Notes under the pieces: generated by a model
Seen by the model: only the letters and a program-made list of their open reading frames with translations
What the model was told of the DNA's origin: nothing
The model's database searches: none
Assembly: GCA_002269645.1 (NCBI GenBank)
Contig: NIVC01000709.1
Span: 248,001 to 312,000 of the forward strand
DNA length: 64,000 nt
Direction of reading: 5' to 3'
From: Macrostomum lignano
Taxonomy: Eukaryota
Position numbers and translations under genes: made by a program
In this document: positions 26,572-40,024 of the stretch, one piece after another
Layout: each line of letters opens with the position of its first letter
Position numbering within the stretch: the first letter of the stretch is position 1

Positions 26572-29500
26572 ACTGTCTGTCTTGTCTCTCTCACTGTCTG
26601 TCTTGTCTCTCTCACTGTCTGTCTTGTCTCTCTCACTGTCTGTCTTGTCTCTCTCACTCTCTGTCTTGTCTCTCTCACTCTCTGTCTTGTCTCTCTCACT
26701 CTCTGTCTTGTCTCTCTCACTCTCTGTCTTGTCTCTCTCACTCTCTGTCTTGTCTCTCTCACTCTCTGTCTTGTCTCTCTCACTCTCTGTCTTGTCTCTC
26801 TCACTCTCTGTCTTGTCTCTCTCACTCTCTGTCTTGTCTCTCTCACTGTCTTGTCTGCCTTGACTGCGTGTTCTGCCTGCCTGCCTGTCTGTCCGGTTGT
26901 CTTGTTCTATCTAAATGCATTCCGTCTATCTTTCTAACCCTACGGACATTCACCCCACCCCGCAGACATTCACTTCCAGTACAACGGCATGCTGACCGGC
27001 CTTCTGATTGGCTCCCTGCTGTGCATCAGACGCGGACACGCCAAGGCCGGGGCTCTGCTGTTCGCCGCCCTGTTGAACTTCAAGCACATTTATTTGTACT
27101 GCGCGCCTGCCCTGTTTGTCTACTTGCTGCGGCATTATTGCATCGGCCGGTTTTCGACAGGTATTTTGGTTGAGACCAGCTGACTGTTTAGTTGTCTTGT
27201 TGTATTCCTGTATTCCTACACTGTGCCGCTCCAATATCTTGCACTTCAGGCCATCTGGCTGTTAAGCTGCCCGCTATTGGCGGCAGTCTGAGCGTAGCTC
27301 GGCTGGCCTCTCTTGGCGGGATTGTTCTGGCCGTGCTGGCCACTTCTCTGGCCCCGTTCGCCTATCACGTGAGTCCTCGTTTGTTGTTGGCGGGGGTCAG
27401 AGACAGGTCATAGTCGGATTAGGCCATAGACAGGTCATATTCGGATTGGGCCATAGACAGGTCTTAGTCGGATTAGGCCATAGACAATTCAGAGTCGGAT
27501 TAGGCCATAGACAAATCATAGTCGGATTGCGCCATAGACAGGTCATAGATTGGGCCATAGACAAATCATAGTCGGATTGGGCCATAGGTCATTCATAGTC
27601 GGATTTGGCCATAGACAGGTCATTCATAGTCGGATTAGACCATAGACAGTTCGTAGTCGGATCGGGCCGTACCACAGGTTAGAGTCGAATAATTTTACGT
27701 GCTTGTAAATACTCGTAGAATTAAACTCAACTTTTAGTGATGCAGTTTCAATACTAATTTAAGTAGTATGTTTAGCTTGCGTCAGAAGAGTTGCAAATAA
27801 ATAAATAATTTTTTGTACTTTTGGGCGTCGCAGATTCCCCAGCTGCTGTCCCGCCTGTTTCCATTTAAACGCGGCCTCTGCCACGCGTACTGGGCGCCGA
27901 ATTTTTGGACTCTGTACAACTGCTTGGACAAGCTGCTGGAGATTGTCGGTGAGTGTGCCGCTTTCAGTTTGCCGATTTCATAGATCTGTCGATAGACCCG
28001 CCTCTAACTTCTTTTTACTCGAATTCTCAGGTTGTCGCCTCGGCCTGCTCACCAAGCAGCCAGGAGTCGGCGTCATGACGGGTGGTCTGGTTGAGGAGTT
28101 TGAGCACGCTGTGCTGCCCAGCATCAGGCCGGTGCACACCTTCCTGCTGACTGCGCTGTTTCTGCTGGTGAGACGGCACTGATACTTAGATGCCCTATCT
28201 GTAGTGACTCAATTTCTAATATTCTAGTCAATAAGAAATAGATGTAAATACAGACAGTTCACCCTAGGGCCTAGGACAGTAGACAGTAGGGTCATAGACA
28301 GTAGACACTAGGGTCATACAGACAGTAGACACTAGGGTCATACAGACAGTAGACAGTAGGGTCATAGACAGTAGACACTAGGGTCATAGACAGTAGACAG
28401 TAGGGTCATAGACAGTAGACACTAGGGTCATAGACAGTAGACATTAGGGTCATAGACAGTAGACACTAGGGTCATAGACAGTAGACAGTAGGGTCATAGA
28501 CAGTAGACACTAGGGTCAAAGACAGTAGACAGTAGGGTCATAGACAGTAGACAGTAGGGTCAAAGACAGTAGACAGTAGGGTCATAGACAGTAGACAGTA
28601 GGGTCAAAGACAGTAGACAGTAGGGTCATAGACCAGTAGACAGTAGGGTCAAAGACAGTAGACAGTAGGGTCATAGACAGTAGACACTAGGGTCATAGAC
28701 AGTAGACAGTAGGGTCATAGACAGTAGACACTAGGGTCATAGACAGTAGACATTAGGGTCATAGACAGTAGACACTAGGGTCATAGACAGTAGACAGTAG
28801 GGTCATAGACAGTAGACACTAGGGTCAAAGACAGTAGACAGTAGGGTCATAGACAGTAGACAGTAGGGTCAAAGACAGTAGACAGTAGGGTCATAGACAG
28901 TAGACAGTAGGGTCAAAGACAGTAGACAGTAGGGTCATAGACCAGTAGACAGTAGGGTCAAAGACAGTAGACAGTAGGGTCATAGACAGTAGACACTAGG
29001 GTCATAGACAGTAGACAGTAGGGTCATAGACAGTAGACACTAGGGTCATAGACAGTAGACAGTAGGGTCATAGACAGTAGACAGTAGGGTCATAGACAGT
29101 AGACAGTAGGGTCATAGACAGTAGACAGTAGGGTCATAGACAGTAGACACTAGGGTCATAGACAGTAGACAGTAGGGTCAAAGACAGTAGACACTAGGGT
29201 CATAGACAGTAGACAGTAGGGTCATAGACAGTAGACACTACAGTAGACACTAGGCATTGAAAGCGAAAATAGAGACAGGCAACAGGCAGGTAGGGTCACT
29301 GATAGCGGGCCAAAATAGTGGTGGAAAGGGGTCATAGACAGGCGATAATCAGAGCTCAAAGTCTGCCTTTCCCTGCTCACCGACAGCCCATCCTGTATCG
29401 CACCTGGTCTCCTGTGTCCGGCAAGCCGTCCCGAACTCTGTGCATCGAGTCAGCCGTCCTCTGCGCCTGGACCGCGTACAATTTCGGCTGGCACGTGCAC

Positions 29501-31570
29501 GAGAAAGCCATACTGCTCATTATACCCCTGCTCATGTAAGTATATTTGTATAAGCAGTCAGTTTGCTTTGAATTAGATGTTACTAAGTGAGGTTTGATTT
29601 ATTAATCTGAATTTTCCACAGCCTCCTGATGTTCGAATCCGAGTTTCACGCCCGACTGGCCCTTCTGGTGCTGCCGATCGGGCATTTCTCACTGTTCCCG
29701 CTGCTCTTCACCAGCTATGGTATGCGTGTGTTTAGCTGACCATGTGTAGCGACGTTTATACCTAGGTAGTAGTTGTTTAAGGAATTCTTGTAGAGTGTAA
29801 TTACATTAGGGTCATAGCCGGGGGACATATTAGAATCATAGACAGCCAGGGGCAGATTAATGTCAAACAGCCGGGGGCAGATAGGGTCAAACAGCCGGGG
29901 GCAGATTAGGGTCATAGACAGCCTGGGAAGATTAGAGTCATAGACAGCCGGGGGCAGATTAGGGTCATAGACAGCCTGGGAAGATTAGAGTCATAGACAG
30001 CTGGGGGGGCAGATTGAGTCATTGACAGCCGGGGGGCAGATTTAGGGTCATAGACAGCCGCAGGGAGGGGGGATTGGGGTCATAGACAGCTGCGGGCAGA
30101 TTAGGGTCAAACAGCCGGGGGCAGATTAGGGTCATAGACAGCTGGGGGGCAGATTGAGTCATTGACAGCGGGGGGCAGATTTGGTCATAGCCAGCCGGGG
30201 GGGGGCAGATTGGGTCATAGTCATCCAAGGGAGCAGATTGGGTCATAGACATCCGGAGGGGTCAGATTAGGGTCATAGACAGCCGCGGACAGATTGGGGT
30301 CATAGACAGCTGGGGGGCAGATTGTGTCATAGACAGCATAAGGGAGGCAGCTTAGGGTCATAGACAGCCGGATGGCAGATTAGGGTTATAGACAACCATG
30401 GGGGCAGATTCAGGGTCATAGACAGCCTAAGGGAGGGGGCAGCTTAGGGTCCTAGACAGCCATGAGGGCAGATTAGGGTCATAGACAGCCGGGGGCAGAT
30501 TAGGGTCATAGACAGCTGGGGGCAGATTAGGGTCATAGACAACGAGGGGCATATTAGGGTCATAGACAGCGGGGGGGCAGATTAGGGTCATAGACAGCCG
30601 GGGCAGAGTAGGGTCAAAGACAGCCGGGGGCAGATTAGAGTCATAGCCGGGTGGGGGCAGATTAGGGTCAAAGACAGCCGGGGGGCAGATTAGAGTCAAA
30701 GACAGCCGGGGGCAGATTAGGGTCATAGCCGGGGGGCAGATTAGAGTCAAAGACAGCCGGGGGCAGATTAGGGTCATAGCCGGGGGGCAGATTAGGGTCA
30801 TAGCCGGGTGGGGGGCAGATTAAGGTCAAAGACAGCCGGGGGCAGATTAGGGTCATAGACAGCCGGGGGCAGATTAGGGTCCAACAGCCGGGGGCAGATT
30901 AGAGTCATAAACAGCCGAGGGCAGATTGAGTCATTGACAGCCGGGGGCAGATTTAGGGTCATAGACAGCCGCGGGGAGGGGCAGATTGGGGTCATAGACA
31001 GCCGCGGGGAGGGGCAGATTGGGGTCATAGACAGCCGCGGGGAGGGGCAGATTGGGGTCATAGACAGCTGCAGGCAGATTAGGTTCAAAGACAGCCAGGG
31101 GGCAGATTAGGGTCATAGCCGAGTGGGGGGCAGATTAGGGTCATAGACAGCGGGGCGGGGCAGATTAGGGTCAAAGACAGCCGGTGGCAGATTAGGGTCA
31201 AAGACAGCCGGGGGGGGGGGCAGATTAGAGTCACAGCCAAGTTCATAAATATCCTGGCCCGCCCGCAGAGTGCTGGATCAAGTACAGCTTATTCGCCAGC
31301 TACACCCTGGCGACGGCTCACGCAGTCAGCCTCGAATTCCCAGCTTTGCTGTCCGCACCGAGCCGCCTGCTGCCTCCGTGCGTGATCGGCCTGGCCCCGT
31401 TGCTATTGGCAAGTGACTGGCTTCTGCCGCAGCTGCTGGCTCCGCGGCTGCCCTTCCTGCCGCTGATGCTGACCTCCCTGTACTGCGCTGTGTGCCTGGC
31501 CTGGGCCTACTGCACACTGCTTGCCCGCTTCCTGCTGCCTGTCGGTGCCGCGAAGCAGAAAACTGGCTGA
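24047..31570 (+). CDS. ALG8: Dolichyl-PP-Glc1Man9GlcNAc2 alpha-1,3-glucosyltransferase, 11 exons
   Basis: Exons 24047-24135, 24233-24311, 25524-25717, 26184-26311, 26966-27160, 27250-27368, 27834-27948, 28031-28167, 29387-29535, 29622-29719, 31269-31570. All introns GT-AG with compatible phases. Motifs [75 protein letters not shown]; C-terminal KxKxx (KQKTG) ER-retrieval signal. Confidence 0.96.
24432..25505. repeat. Intronic 21-bp minisatellite (ACTGTCACTGCCCCAGTATTC)
   Basis: Highly homogeneous array of about 50 copies in ALG8 intron 2. Confidence 0.97.
25795..26060. repeat. Intronic ~23-bp minisatellite (AAAACAGGTCATAGACAACGTTT)
   Basis: ALG8 intron 3. Confidence 0.9.
26385..26870. repeat. 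(CTGT)n grading into a 21-bp unit (CTCTCTCACTCTCTGTCTTGT)
   Basis: ALG8 intron 4. Confidence 0.95.
27398..27665. repeat. Intronic ~27-bp minisatellite (GGATTGGGCCATAGACAGGTCATAGTC)
   Basis: ALG8 intron 6. Confidence 0.88.
28265..29250. repeat. Intronic 21-bp minisatellite (AGGGTCATAGACAGTAGACA[C/G]T)
   Basis: ALG8 intron 8; an internal higher-order block of variants is repeated. Confidence 0.95.
29805..31235. repeat. Intronic G-rich ~27-bp minisatellite (GGGGGCAGATTAGGGTCATAGACAGCC)
   Basis: ALG8 intron 10; most units contain TTAGGG. Confidence 0.93.
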
Positions 31571-31604
31571 CCGGCTGCTCTGGAGCAGACCATTCGCTAA
31601 TTCA

Positions 31605-31845
31605 AACCTTCACGGATCCGACCCTTCACGGATCCGACCCTTCATGGATCCGACCCTTCATGGATCCGACCCTTCATGGATCCGACCCTTCATGGATCCG
31701 ACCCTTCACGAATCTGACCCTTGGCGGATCCAACCCATTCACGGATCCGACCCATTCACGGATCCGACCCATTCACGGATCCGATCCTTCACGGATCCGA
31801 TCCTTCACTAATTCAAACCCTCACTGATTCGACCCTTCACAAAAT
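31605..31845. repeat. 16-bp minisatellite (GGATCCGACCCTTCA[C/T]) in ALG8 3' flank
   Basis: Starts about 35 nt after the ALG8 stop codon. Confidence 0.9.
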
Positions 31846-32371
31846 CCGAGTTCTCGCATTCCTTATCGAGGCTTTATTTAAATTCTAAGCCAACAAAAAA
31901 TCGTGTGTTGCTACTATACGTAGTTTTATAACAATTTGCCAAATTATTGTAAAATCAATGCATTAACTGTGCTTCTGCTTCAATATTTTCTGCTTTCTGG
32001 TGTCCTTTGTCTTTTTATATTACTTTTTTTTTGCTATGCCAGTGCCCTAATCAGTTTAGCATTTCCATATGCGGTGGGAGCATTTATGAGCAGGCCTGAA
32101 TTCAATATCTTTTTTAACTACAAGGGATATACATAGTTAATAAATTGGTGCAGCCAGAAGTGTCCGGTGATTTCAGTTCGCAGAGCTTATGAGCAATGGG
32201 TCCCAGCCACATCCAATAGCAATAGCTGCAGTCAGGCTGCAGTCACCATGGCCTTGGCATAACCGAGACCAATGCCAAGTTAGTTTCACTGGCCCCCAAG
32301 ATTGTCTATGGCCAAAAGCCCATTGATTCAGTGCAAAGCCAGCGAGACAGAAGCTGTCTGTGGTAAAAACT

Positions 32372-33057
32372 TCACTCGCTGCTGTGTTGACTATAACTGA
32401 TATGCGATTGTATCTTGCTAGTGTCTATTTTAACTGACTTGTTATACTGTGTAAGAAACGCAGTGTCTGGACCATAGACAACTGCGTCGATTACACGCTG
32501 ACCAAAATAAATGAAAGTACGACGTATATCTATTTTTTCAAGCTTCAAGTAACTGATTATATAAACTGTTAACTCGCAATGTAAATCAGTGATTCCGTCC
32601 GCCATGTCCCTAACCACGAAACAGTTGTAGAGCGGTCCGTTGAAATTGAACACAATAGGTCGATTGCCATTGGTAGACGGATGACCTCCATGAAGCGTTC
32701 GAGTTTTCGAACGTAGAGATTCGTGACAGGTGTAACACTACGACTAATGGCTCCATCTTCAATCCCAGTCACTATTTTCTCAAGATCAAGTAGTTCGTTC
32801 TCCTCGCCTGGAAGCTGCGCAAATAGCTTCTCCAACAAACTCTTCAATCTCAATCCGAGCTCTTCAGGTCGATTTCTGCTGGCTAGGGCAGTTGATTCTG
32901 CGAAATATTGTTCATGACTTCCTTGAGCAGGCGTTAAACCGGATATCATTTCGTTTGAAAGGCTCGCAAATCTATAGCTGCAGGCGAATTGTTTGAGCGG
33001 GCTCCATTCTAAAATTCTATTTGCTATCTCGATTGCTCTTTCCTTATAGTCTTGCAG
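32372..33057 (-). other. Unidentified protein-like reading frame, split by one frameshift
   Basis: Stop-free from 33057 (LQDYKERAIEIANRILEWSPL..LERFM), then after a shift near 32690 continues GGHPSTNGNRPIVFNFNGPLYNCF.. to TGA at 32372. Complex, non-repetitive composition; family not recognised. Confidence 0.4.
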
Positions 33058-35009
33058 TCAGTGTGAAAGAAGAGTTGTCTATGAAATATACTATTGAGAT
33101 ACAATCACACTAATATATCGATGCCTTGTGATACGGAGGCATCGTATCACTGTTCTATTCTGAGCGCACTCGTGCCATAGACTATTTTATTATCACGGGG
33201 CATTGATATATTATTCTACCATTTGCAATTCATTTGGTCTTATCTGCTAGACTATTTCAAATTTACCACAGACAGCTGTGTTCCCGCAAAACTTTTGTCC
33301 CCCAGGCTTTTACATTAAACAGCTGGCCTCGTGCTGCCACTGTATCGACTTGTACCTGAGCTTCAACATTCTTCATTCGCACCCGAGACCATAGACTATC
33401 AATTTGGCTACTACCATAAAGAAAAACTTCAGTAAACGAAAAGGTTTTGTAGTTTGAAGGAATTCGATTTAAGTCATTCTGTCTGCAGCCACTCATTGCA
33501 GCTGACTCGTTCCAGACCCCGCGGCCCCATCCATGTTGGCAGATGAAGACTAGCATTTTATTGCTAATGATGCAGTTACAGTTGGGTAATCACTTGGTAT
33601 AGTCCCCCCTGGCCCGTGCGCCTTCGCCTCATCCATTTGGCTAGCAATTTTATACGCGCAGACTATGCATAAAATTTCCCTATAAAGCTTCGATATTGTC
33701 GGCGAGTCGGCCCCGCGGAACACCGCCCCAAAATCGATGAGGCTCCTCGGATTGCACTTTTATTGCTTTTGATCCAGCCATCCATCGGGCTCTCTGCTGG
33801 CTGCGTAATGAAATATTCTCTTTCTCGTGTTATCCTTTGTAAATTTCTTCTCCTGTCTGGCCCCGCCCTGGGCTCACCGTAGTTAGGGAGCACTTCACAA
33901 TATGCATAGCTAGTATAGCTAAGGTATAGCTACTTATTTTATATACTTATTTTATATGAAAAGTATAAAACTTAAATGAATAAGCAGTGAATTAGGCATA
34001 TAATTATAGCCAACAGTTTTTTAATAATATATTGCTAATAAATAGATACATTCGATTAAAAAGATATTGTAAAATTCAAGTTACTCACTAGTTAGCTTTA
34101 AACTATAATTGCTGCATGATATAGCTAGTAACTAAAATAATATGAAGATCAATTAATTGTAAAAAAATATTTATAAAATCCGTTGAAGCAACATGTTTTG
34201 AAAGTTATATCAAAATAAGAGCTTTGTATATCTGCTTCTAATAAAAAGCTATCACCATTTTAAAGTGAAAAAAAAGTGAAAAGTTCCTATCTCGCTAGTG
34301 CATTTTTCCGTGAAAATCAGCCTTTAATAAATTTTCTAAGAAGCGAAGTGTCCCGTCCTTCTTCTAGTGGTCCTTGGAAAAAAGCTGTCTCTTTCTTAGA
34401 ATATTTGTCTCGCTCGGTGAGACAAAAATCGGCCCTCAAATATCGAATATGCTTGCCGGGGGGGGATGAGTCTTAGTGCAGATTATAAATAGAGCTTGGG
34501 TTGTTTGCTGTCTTAATGCCTATTGGTCAATGGTTCTATCTGCTTATTATAGAAACAACTGGAGTGCTTTTTATCGATTTTTATCGCTATTGTATTTCTG
34601 GTGCAGGGCAGACAAGCAAGCAGACGCGCTTCGCAGTAAGTGTTTTTTCTAGCGCTTGCCTTGTGTAGGCGTTGTGATCAGTTTTCTTTCTTTAAATCTG
34701 TTTTTTTCCTGCTTACGCGCCAATTTCAACTATCCAAGTTGGGGCTGCCTTGTATTTCGATACACTTGGGTGGCAACAGTTGCCAATGCGGCTGCTCTGA
34801 TTATTCTAGCTGGTCCGGGGCTGCTCCCACTACTCGCCTCCGTTTATTAATAAATTAATACTTGAAGGCTATTTTTAGGCCGCGGCTGTCGTCAGCACTG
34901 CGGCGGCTTTGGGCTTATTTATTATTCAATTGCTATGAGAGTCGTGTGACTCATTGCCCGTCTGGGCTACTCGCGCTGTTATTAGTTGCTGAGGGGCCTG
35001 ATTGATGGC

Positions 35010-35500
<491 letters not shown>

Positions 35501-35961
35501 AGTAGGATATTTATCATCTAGATTATCAGTACTGATCGGATCGAACGCTCGAGAAAGTCCGAATGCAGGCTGTCGGATTTCATCCGCCTTGAATTGTGCC
35601 AAACAGGCTTTAAATGAATGCAAGTTGAAGAGACTTCTACCCGAACTAATTTTATGAGTCCTTTTTGCGGCCGGGTCAATAGATATTGATAATAAGACAC
35701 GAGTGTATGTGTAAACAGGTGGGCTGATAATAGGCTCAGGTGATTAAGTATTGATAAACACATTATAGGCACTAAGCATATTCACATTTCACATTCCCAA
35801 TAAACACCTTTTTCATGCATATTGAGAACGGCAGCATCGGCAGTTCCAGGCATCTAGCTGCGCCCAGGCCTCTAAATCGAAACTGGACCCCAGCAGCACC
35901 GCCAGACCGCTTCTAGTGGTGCAGCAGTGCGGAGTTCCATTCGCATAAGCGGAAACTGAAG

Positions 35962-37866
35962 ATGAAGCTGTCTGATGAGGCTGAACAGGAGCTGGCCCAG
36001 GTGGAGAGCGTGCTGAAACCGCTGCCCAATGTGAAACTGGAGGCGCGGCTGGACACCACGCTCAGATTTCAGGTTAGTTCTAGGTGTACTTTTAGAGTGC
36101 GCAGGAAACATAATTGTAGTTCTGTCAATCAAAGGTCTCATTATTTTATCCTGGATATGCTGGAACTGCTGAGAGCAATAAAGCAGAACTTGCAATACAG
36201 AATGCAGCAAATCATATTGCCAACAGGAGTGGAACGAATGGGGAGAGCATGCGAGTGCATGAGGCGAACGCATGCTCATTTAATAGTTGGTGCTGCCCTT
36301 GCAGTTCAATCTGCTGGACACCTCTGGATTGAGTCCGGGATCTCGATGCTAATGAAGGGATTTTGAAATTTAGTGTGGGGGTGTTGGGATTTAGTGTGGG
36401 GGTGTTGGGATTTAGTGTGGGGGTGTTGGGATTTAGTGTGGGGGTGTTGGGATTTAGTGTGGGGTGTTGGGATTTAGTGTGGGGGTGTTGGGATTTAGTG
36501 TGGGGGTGTTGGGATTTAGTGTGGGGGTGTTGGGATTTAGTGTGGGGGTGTTGGGATTTAGTATGGGGGTGTTAGGATTTAGTGTGGGGGTGTTGGGATT
36601 TAGTGTGGGGGTGTTGGAATTTAGTGTGGGGTGTTAGGATTTAGGATTTAGTGTGGGGTGTTAGGATTTAGTGTGGGGGTGTTAGGATTTAGTGTGGGGT
36701 GTTAGGATTTAGTGTGGGTGTTAGGATTTAGTGTGAGGTGTTAGGATTTAGTGTGGGGTGTTAGGAATTAGGATTTAGTGTGGGGTGTTAGGAATTAGAA
36801 TTTAGTGTGGGGTGTTAGGATTTAGTGTGGGGGTGTTAGGATTTAGTGTGGGGTGTTAGGATTTAGTGTGGGGTGTTAGGAATTAGGATTTAGTGTGGGG
36901 TGTTAGGATTTAGTGTGGGGGTGTTAGGATTTAGTGTGGGGTGTTAGGATTTAGTGTGGGGTGTTAGGATTTAGTGTGGGGGGTGTTAGGATTTAGTGTG
37001 GGGGTGTTGGGATTTAGTGTGGGGGTGTTGGGATTTAGTGTGGAGATATTGGGATTTAGTGTGAGAATTTTGAAATTTACTGTGTGGGTGTTGGGATTTA
37101 GTGGGAATATTGGGAATTAGTGTGGGGATCTTGGGATTTAGTGTGGGGATATTGGGATTTAGTGTGGGATCTTGGGATTTAGTGTGGGATCTTGGGATTT
37201 AGTGTGGGATCTTGAGATTTAGTGTGATGATCTTGGGATTTAGTGTGATGATCTTGGGATTTGATTGTCGCATAATTGCACCTTGGGATTTAAAAATTCA
37301 ACCTCAAATTACCTCAGCACGTCACCAAATACATTATGTTAATTGAGTCTGTCCAGGAGCATGTTCTACTGTTGATGGGGCTGTTAATAACCCGCGTCCC
37401 GCTGTCATCAGGTGAGCTTCTCCGCCAAGAAGACGCTGATCCTGCGCTGCCACCTACCGAGGGCTATCCCGCCAGCCGGCTGGTCGCGGAGATCCGCAGC
37501 AAGACGCTCAGCCAGAAGCTCACGGACGGCCTGGCCCAGCTGGCCGAGGCCGAGGCCGAGAAGGCCACCGGGGGCCGCAGGTCGCCCGCACGGTTGCCTT
37601 CGTGCACAACTGGCTGCGGGACAACCCGCTCTGCTCGGCCGCCGAGGAGATCGCCGAGATCAAATCGCGCCTGCTGGACAAGCAGGAGGGCGACCGGCTG
37701 AAGCTGCTGCAGGCCGAGTCCCGGGTGCAGCTGACCGCCGCCAAGGCCGGCTACCGCCTGAGCCTGCAGCTCACACTGCCTAATGACTATCCGGAGTCCA
37801 GGGCTGAGGTGAGGCCGGCGACTGACAGACACTAAGAGACAGACAGACAGACAGACACACAGACAC

Positions 37867-37905
<39 letters not shown>

Positions 37906-37956
37906 CTAAGACAGACAGACACACAGACAGACAGACACACAGACAGACAGATACTA

Positions 37957-38005
<49 letters not shown>

Positions 38006-38026
38006 CTAAGACAGACAGACACACTA

Positions 38027-38059
<33 letters not shown>

Positions 38060-39119
38060 CTAAGACAGACAGACACAAAGACAGACAGACAGACAGACAG
38101 ACGGACACTAAGACAGACAGACACTAAGACAGACAGACACTAAGACAGACAGACACAAAGACAGACAGACAGACAGACAGACGGACACTAAGACAGACAG
38201 ACACTAAGACAGACAGACAGACACTAAGACAGACAGACACACAGACAGACAGACACTAAGACAGACAGACACACAGACAGACAGACACTAAGACAGACAG
38301 ACACACAGACAGACACTAAGACAGACAGACACACAGACAGACAGACACTAAGACAGACAGACACACAGACAGACAGACACTAAGACAGACAGACACACAG
38401 ACAGACAGACACTAAGACAGACACTAAGACAGACAGACACTAAGACAGACAGACAGACACTAAGACAGACAGACAGACAGACACTAAGACAGACAGACAC
38501 TAAGACAGACAGACAGACAGACACTAAGACAGACAGACACTAAGACAGACAGCAATATCAGCAGCCAAATGAGCTCCTAATCTCCCCACTCGGACAGGTG
38601 GAGCTGCTCTCCTCCAACCTGCCATCATCGGTTTCACGCCAGGCCGTCGCCCGCTCCGCTGAGATCGCCCGCCGCTGCGTCGAGCCGCCGAGCTACCGTG
38701 GCAAGGACAAGAAGCTTCGCCAGCAGGCGGCGGCCTGGAAGCCCTCGCCCTGCCTGCTGCCCGTTGCCGAATTCGCTTTCAGCTTCCTGCGCAGCTGCGC
38801 CACCCAGCGGTGCCCCGTCTGCGACAAGCCGGCTTTGGCGACTGCGGCCGCTGCGACGGCGACGGCGTCTTCGGTCGAGGACCCTGCCGACCAGCTGGAG
38901 TTCGTGGCCTGCGGCCATTTGTATCACGCCGGCTGTCTGAAGGCCTACATGACTTCGCCACCGTACAGCCCGGATGGCAAGCCGTGCCGGCATGCTGGCT
39001 GCGGGCAGCCGGTCTGTCACGAGCGCTTCCGCACCTCCGCCAAGGTGCTGGAGTCCCGCTGGGCCGCCCAGCAGGCCAAGGAGCGGGAGCTGGCCGAGGT
39101 GGCAGACTTCTTCAACTGA
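35962..39119 (+). CDS. Putative E3 ubiquitin ligase: RWD/UBC-like region(s) + C-terminal RING-H2, 3 exons
   Basis: Exons 35962-36072, 37412-37808, 38598-39119. Two (L)P..YP motifs typical of RWD folds. RING-H2 pattern [15 protein letters not shown]. Exon 2 needs +1 nt in a C-run (~37456) and in a G-run (~37572) to stay in frame. Confidence 0.75.
36365..37275. repeat. G/T-rich ~20-21-bp minisatellite (GGGATTTAGTGTGGGGGTGTT)
   Basis: Intron 1 of the RING gene. Confidence 0.95.
37825..38552. repeat. (GACA)n-based compound microsatellite
   Basis: Intron 2 of the RING gene. Confidence 0.95.
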
Positions 39120-39134
39120 GTGGGGTTCGGATTT

Positions 39135-39395
39135 AAACCCGATCCTGGGATTCCGTGTGGGATATTGGGATTTAGTGCGGGGATCTTGGCATTTAGTGAA
39201 GGGGATTTTAGGATTTAGTGTCGGAATATTGGGATTTTAGTGTGGGAATATTGGCATTTAGTGTGGGGATATTGGCATTTAGTGAAGTGGATCTTGGGAT
39301 TTAGTGAGGGGATCTTGGGATTTAGTGAGGGGATCTTGGGATTTAGTGAGGGGGATTTTGGGATGTGGCGAGGGATCTAAGGATTTAGCTTGATA
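39135..39395. repeat. Degenerate GGGATTTAGTG array in RING gene 3' flank
   Basis: Same core as the array at 36365-37275. Confidence 0.8.
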
Positions 39396-40024
39396 GTTTC
39401 TGGATCTTAGACTCTAATCTAGAGATCGTGGGGGTTTTACATGCTACTGACAAGTAGAGATTGTAACTACAAATGCGGTATGTTCTTATTAAGTCTATTA
39501 TTCCTGCATAATTGTATCCGGGGCTTAGAGAATTAAACTCAGGTGACCCTTCACGTAATCAAATATGGAATTGAGCAGGTGGAGTTGAGCCAGACAATGC
39601 GTGCACTGTGTGAGGCTTCGGAGATTTTTCTGCTCCCGTGCATATGAACCGCCTTTCTATATTACACCCAGTTATATGAGTACCCGTTCGTTCCTTTGGC
39701 ATCGCCGGGCTCCCGGCTAAAAGTGCAGGTGTACCTGTGCTCATTAAGGCATCCGTTTTCGTGCATGTGTTGGGAAGCCTCTCTGTTATTCGAGCCTAAT
39801 TTTGACTAGTTAATGTATTTATATTTGTGTTCCACTTATTATTGTCTAATTGCTTGACTTAATATAATATTTACTGTCAGTGACTTCTAACAGCTATTTA
39901 CCGCTTCAGAGTTACAGATTTCACTCGTGTTGAGTTTGCATTTATTTTTTATTTTTTATATTTGCAATATTTGTTTTATTCTCAGTGCAAATCCCTTTAG
40001 ACACTGGAGGATAGTAGTCCCCTT

